NCBI RefSeq assembly: GCF_022539665.2
Contig: NC_081331.1
Span: 13,640,001 to 13,704,000 of the forward strand
Origin: Daphnia carinata
Taxonomy: Eukaryota
DNA: 64,000 nt
Direction: 5' to 3'
Shown: positions 59,701 to 64,000 of the stretch, piece after piece
Numbering within the stretch: position 1 is the first letter of the stretch
How the letters are laid out: every line of letters starts with the position of its first letter
Program-made: the position numbers and the translations under genes
The notes under the pieces: generated by a model
What the model was told of the DNA's origin: nothing
Database searches by the model: none
What the model saw: only the letters and a program-made list of their open reading frames with translations

Positions 59701-62130
59701 AACGGTATAAGGTCACGTGTAGTATTTCAATGACTTGCAAATGTAGGATGAAATAGGCAAACCAATAAGAGTTAAAGAGATTGTGTTTATTGAGCACGTT
59801 GATCTTTTGATGTGTAAGATGCAACCTATTTACCATAAAGTGCATGACCGATGATTGAAATGCCATGGTATTGTTGTCTTCACGGATGACTCCTTATAGT
59901 TACTATAAGATCTTTGTTTATTGTATTGTGTTTCACCCTTTCGCTGAATTTAACCTACGTCATTCGGGAACAATGAGCGAGTACAGTTAGGATTGCTACA
60001 ATAAGAGATTTAAAAATTAACCTGACAGCTTCAAATTTCGCGAAACTCTTTGATTTTCAGTGAATATAAACAGGGAAATTGAGTCACAATTTAACGAAAC
60101 TTTTACTTTTGGCAAATAGAAATTGTCAAAAAACAGTTAGGTCGTTCGTCTCAAGAAATTGTACATTTTCACGACTATTGTTGTACGACAATTACGATCT
60201 CCTGTGGGAAAGTAAATCTTTCTAAAACAATCAATCACCATTTTCTTTAGAAATATTTAGTTTACAGTTTACTCAAAAGTCCAATGAAACGCCATTGTAA
60301 TCCTTTATTTTTTTGCGGTGCTTGACGGTGACTGACATCCGCGATTTCGTGACTGGCGAAGCACGATAACCTGATCATTAAAGCATCTGATATCGTGACA
60401 ACGTTTACAACATATGGGTCATGGTAATTGGATTGTGATAATCTGTATCGCCCTAACTGCAGGCATTTCCGCCATTCGATAATCGACCATTAAAAACAGC
60501 ATTCCAATCGATGAGTTTCGAAAGGAACGCATATACAATAACACCTACCTTAAACATATTCAAAATTGCAATTCGCCAGCATAACAAACAAGTTTTAGAC
60601 TAGACATCAGACGCGTTTGTGTAACAAGGACGCAACGTCTACAATCAATAAAAGGCTATCATTTGTGTTAATGAGCAAACAAGCCGGTTGACTCCCACGT
60701 TCGAAAATACACGCACGAAAATGTACTGCAATTAGAAAATGATTAGAAAAGTATTTCGGGTGGTGCAACAAAATAAAGAATTCTGCCCATGTCGTGTCTC
60801 AAATAAGCTGGTATTAGTTCTTCTGTGTTATTGAATAATGAACAAGGAGTCAAGGGGCCACATCATTGTTTCTAACGCAGTGGATTCGCTCAGTATTACA
60901 TGCTTCTCTTTTGTTTGACATCTAAAATTCTACACCCAATGATTAATAGATTAAATCTTCAACAGAAAAGTTTAAGGACCGCTCGATCGAACGCACTCGT
61001 CGTTATCGTTAGCAAACATTCATAGTTAAACACTGTTCGACATCCATAATGATTTCCTTAAAAAAAATGATATCCAGGTAATTTGCTATATGTGCAGTCC
61101 CACTTTACTGGATGGAACCACTTTCTTGATAATGTCAACTGAGATTTTGCTAACGACCCGCATATAATACAAAGGCTTTTTTTGTCCAGCTGCTTCAATT
61201 ATTGACATGGTTTTTAGGGCATTTTTTTCATCGATGAACTTTTACCTATATAAATAAGGGTACTAAAGTTAATGCGAATTTATCGTGTACATGCAACGAG
61301 AATGAAGCTGTAGCAGTTGAATTGAATTCTCAATAAAACAAGAGGTAAGCATCAATTGTGAAATGAAAAGGAATGCATCAGGATTGCAGGTGATAACACT
61401 CAGTCAGCTTGTTGACCTTGTACAAGGCCTTTCAAAATTTGTATAGGAGGAGTTACAACAGTTAGCAGCCAAAACAAGAAAAAGACGCCAAAAGGAGAGC
61501 CACGAAGAAGACGATTATATCGTGGGAATAGCAAAAGTTGCTCATTTTGAATTTGTTTGAAGGATAGAAAGGCAAACAAGTTTCGATCGCGGACAAAATA
61601 ATGAAGTTTTCCCAAAGTGGTAACATGATAGTATCGATGTTGAAATGTGTGAAGTGACGACGGAAATTTATTTGGTCCGTCTAACAAGCGATTGGCACAA
61701 CTCTCATTTTTTAGAAATATGTTTTTGAACGTATACCTGTCAATCGAGTTATTGGCCTTATAACGTATAGAATATGTGCTGTTCTACTTGACATTCAGGT
61801 TTGAAAGATACCCAAGTGATTCCTGTTGTGCGCCGTAGATATTCTGTGGGTAGTATGCGCACGGTCTTACACAATTGATAGTTTAGCAATAAGGACAGAA
61901 GACAAATCATCTGTCAGATTATAATTTCTTTGTATATATTTCTTGCGAACAACCCGTTTGAATGAAGAGATCAAGTAAAATGTTAGTGAATCAGTGGTGC
62001 GTGGGATGATGATTTCATTTAGACACAGACAGGTGGAAACGCCTACGGAATATATCAACAGATACGATAAGAAAACGTGTATGAAGAAGGTCTGTTGGCA
62101 GAGTTCTGAAGCCAATTTGATGACTTCAAA

Positions 62131-64000
62131 CTAAAAATAGTGAACAGTTGTTGAATTCCATCGGCATATGAAATGATAAATTTTCTCCATGACAAAGGTA
62201 AACGTGGCTAGCCCGACACCGATGCCTAAAATGAGGAATGCTCCCATAAGATCGTTTAATTGAATTGGAACTTGTCGTGCCGAATTCTGTTGAAATTTCA
62301 TTTTGGCGAAACATTTTGACGCTCGTGGCAAGCCGTTTTTTACCCAGAATGGAGGTAAACCAGTTTCCCACAATTCCATCAGACTTCTCTCGCCATGTTT
62401 GCACACATTGCGATAGTATCAAGCCGATTACGCGGGCAGCCATAAAATGATTTAAAAAAACACTTTAACTTTTATTTCACAACGAACTGTATAATAAACC
62501 TACGCGTAGTGAAACATTGGAGTATATCTACTGTTTTTCGGTAAAGGCATAGACCAAAATCCGGATTGAAAAGGTAAAGGATCGGTGGCTTGAAATCGGC
62601 ATTTGCCCTCCTTTTTGAAGTGACTAGCGATGAAATTGAGGCTGAATGTTTTGAGCTGAAAGTACGTACACGCAATAAGTCGATGTTTACATTCTCATAA
62701 AAATGCTAAGCCATCTAGAAAAGGACTCACAAATGGAAAGGCGTAATTTCCAGTTTCCAGGGTCTCGCTGATTTTTTCTACATTTCTTAATACCTGGCCA
62801 CGGTTATTTTGAATATGCCCGCTTAAAATTTTCAGCACACCAGATTTGGCATCCTAGTATCAAGAAATGCGTGCGTCATCTTATCACAGCGAATATTTCG
62901 AAGGCTAAATAAAAAAAAAAGAATAACAAGGCCACATACCAGTATTTGCTGGCCAATCACGTTATCCGCCAGCAAAACGAGATGGACATCCTGACTAGCG
63001 GCTAGGTCTTCTAATGTGTTTATAGGGGGTTTCATTCTGGGCACTGTCAGGTACGAAATGATGGTGCCAGAATAGCTGTTGACTAACACGGTTGCGATTA
63101 ACAGCCACATCCCAATAAGCATTTGGGATGAAAAAAAGCGTCCATCAGGAACTGAATTTCCTTTAATGGAGGAAATTAAGAAGATTAATATAGATTCATT
63201 TTTTTTAATGATACGAGTAAAACGTATAAAACCTTGATTTGTCATGGTGTTGACGATGTACATGGAATAAACGCTGATGCGTCCAAAGATGGTCGTCATT
63301 TCTTGGGATGATGCGGGAGAATCCTGACTGCTACCGTTTGAGTAGAATTGCAGATGTAGTTTCGAGAAAAGGCTCATAAGGATGACCATAGCGAGCATCG
63401 TGATAAATATGAGAAGCCACACCTATTTGGAACAAATTTTATTTAGATCAAGCAGGTCAAAGTACAGAGGCACTAACGAGAAATAAGCATGTAATAATGA
63501 CCCAGTATTGAAATGGTTTGATAAATGCGAAAAGACGAGGTTCCTCTCCTGGTTTAGGCACGATCATATTGAACGGCTCTGTCCACATGAAGTATGCTAA
63601 ATCAATCAATTTTTTTCTCTCTGGAGTTGCAATCAAACCCATAGTCGATCCATCGATTTCCTGATGGAACCCGTAAACGCAATTAATCAACGCTGATGCA
63701 TATGCAAATGATTTCCTTACCTTGTCCGCGAAGAGATTAAGGATGACAGCAGCGTCACTAACGGCCCCGTATTTTGCGTTTGTGTATTGGTTGGGTATAT
63801 AATAATACGAAATACTATACGGAAAACGAAAACAGAGGCATGCGTAATTATAATGAATTTTCGTGCGTATGCATAACTAACAAGCGAATAATGGTTTTAA
63901 CGTACGTGAAGTTCAGTTTGGCAGTGAGCCATTTGTAAAGTATTGGGCTGATTCCGTAGTTCGTGTAATTTCCGTCTTTTCTCAAAATAAGTATGTCGAA
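62131..64000 (-). CDS. Divergent ionotropic receptor (IR, variant iGluR chemoreceptor), 5' part outside the window
   Basis: S1 region [31 protein letters not shown]; pre-M1 [13 protein letters not shown]; pore TNQG; M2 [35 protein letters not shown]2 ELWETGL..W; M3 [16 protein letters not shown]. The spliced frame is intact to the TAG at 62133-62131. Confidence 0.92.

Noticed and set aside
57000..62115. Short ORFs such as 58689-59246, 61400-61687 and 61867-62115
   Set aside because: Their F/K/L-rich translations reflect poly-A/T composition. No coherent splice model or domain (including RING or transposase) was found.

Overview
This is eukaryotic, intron-rich, AT-rich genomic DNA from an arthropod, most likely a branchiopod crustacean such as Daphnia (inferred from ~55-80 nt introns, high gene density and a divergent ionotropic receptor). 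The ORF track mostly shows exon fragments, so gene models were built by hand from GT-AG junctions. About 19 protein-coding genes are supported: aquaglyceroporin (3' part), a CBM14 chitin-binding protein, TPS/TPP, PACS, a Ly6/uPAR-like protein, LSm10, BLOC1S3, a helical-N-terminus plus Schlafen/AlbA_2-like protein, TMEM110/STIMATE, an Arg/Glu/Asp-rich secreted or membrane protein, GK5, HYPK, mRpL16, a sigma GST, an orphan tail-anchored ORF, PAGR1, paxillin, TRAF4 and an ionotropic receptor (3' part). The main highlights are four. First, a Schlafen-like domain is split by a 31-nt micro-exon and appears to have degenerate catalytic residues. Second, LSm10 has an in-frame TAA followed by 53 more coding-like codons. 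Third, paxillin shows several candidate alternative first and terminal exons. Fourth, TRAF4 lacks a RING domain and has four candidate first exons. No tRNA, rRNA, CRISPR array or clear transposon was seen. All family assignments come from motif recognition, not database searches.
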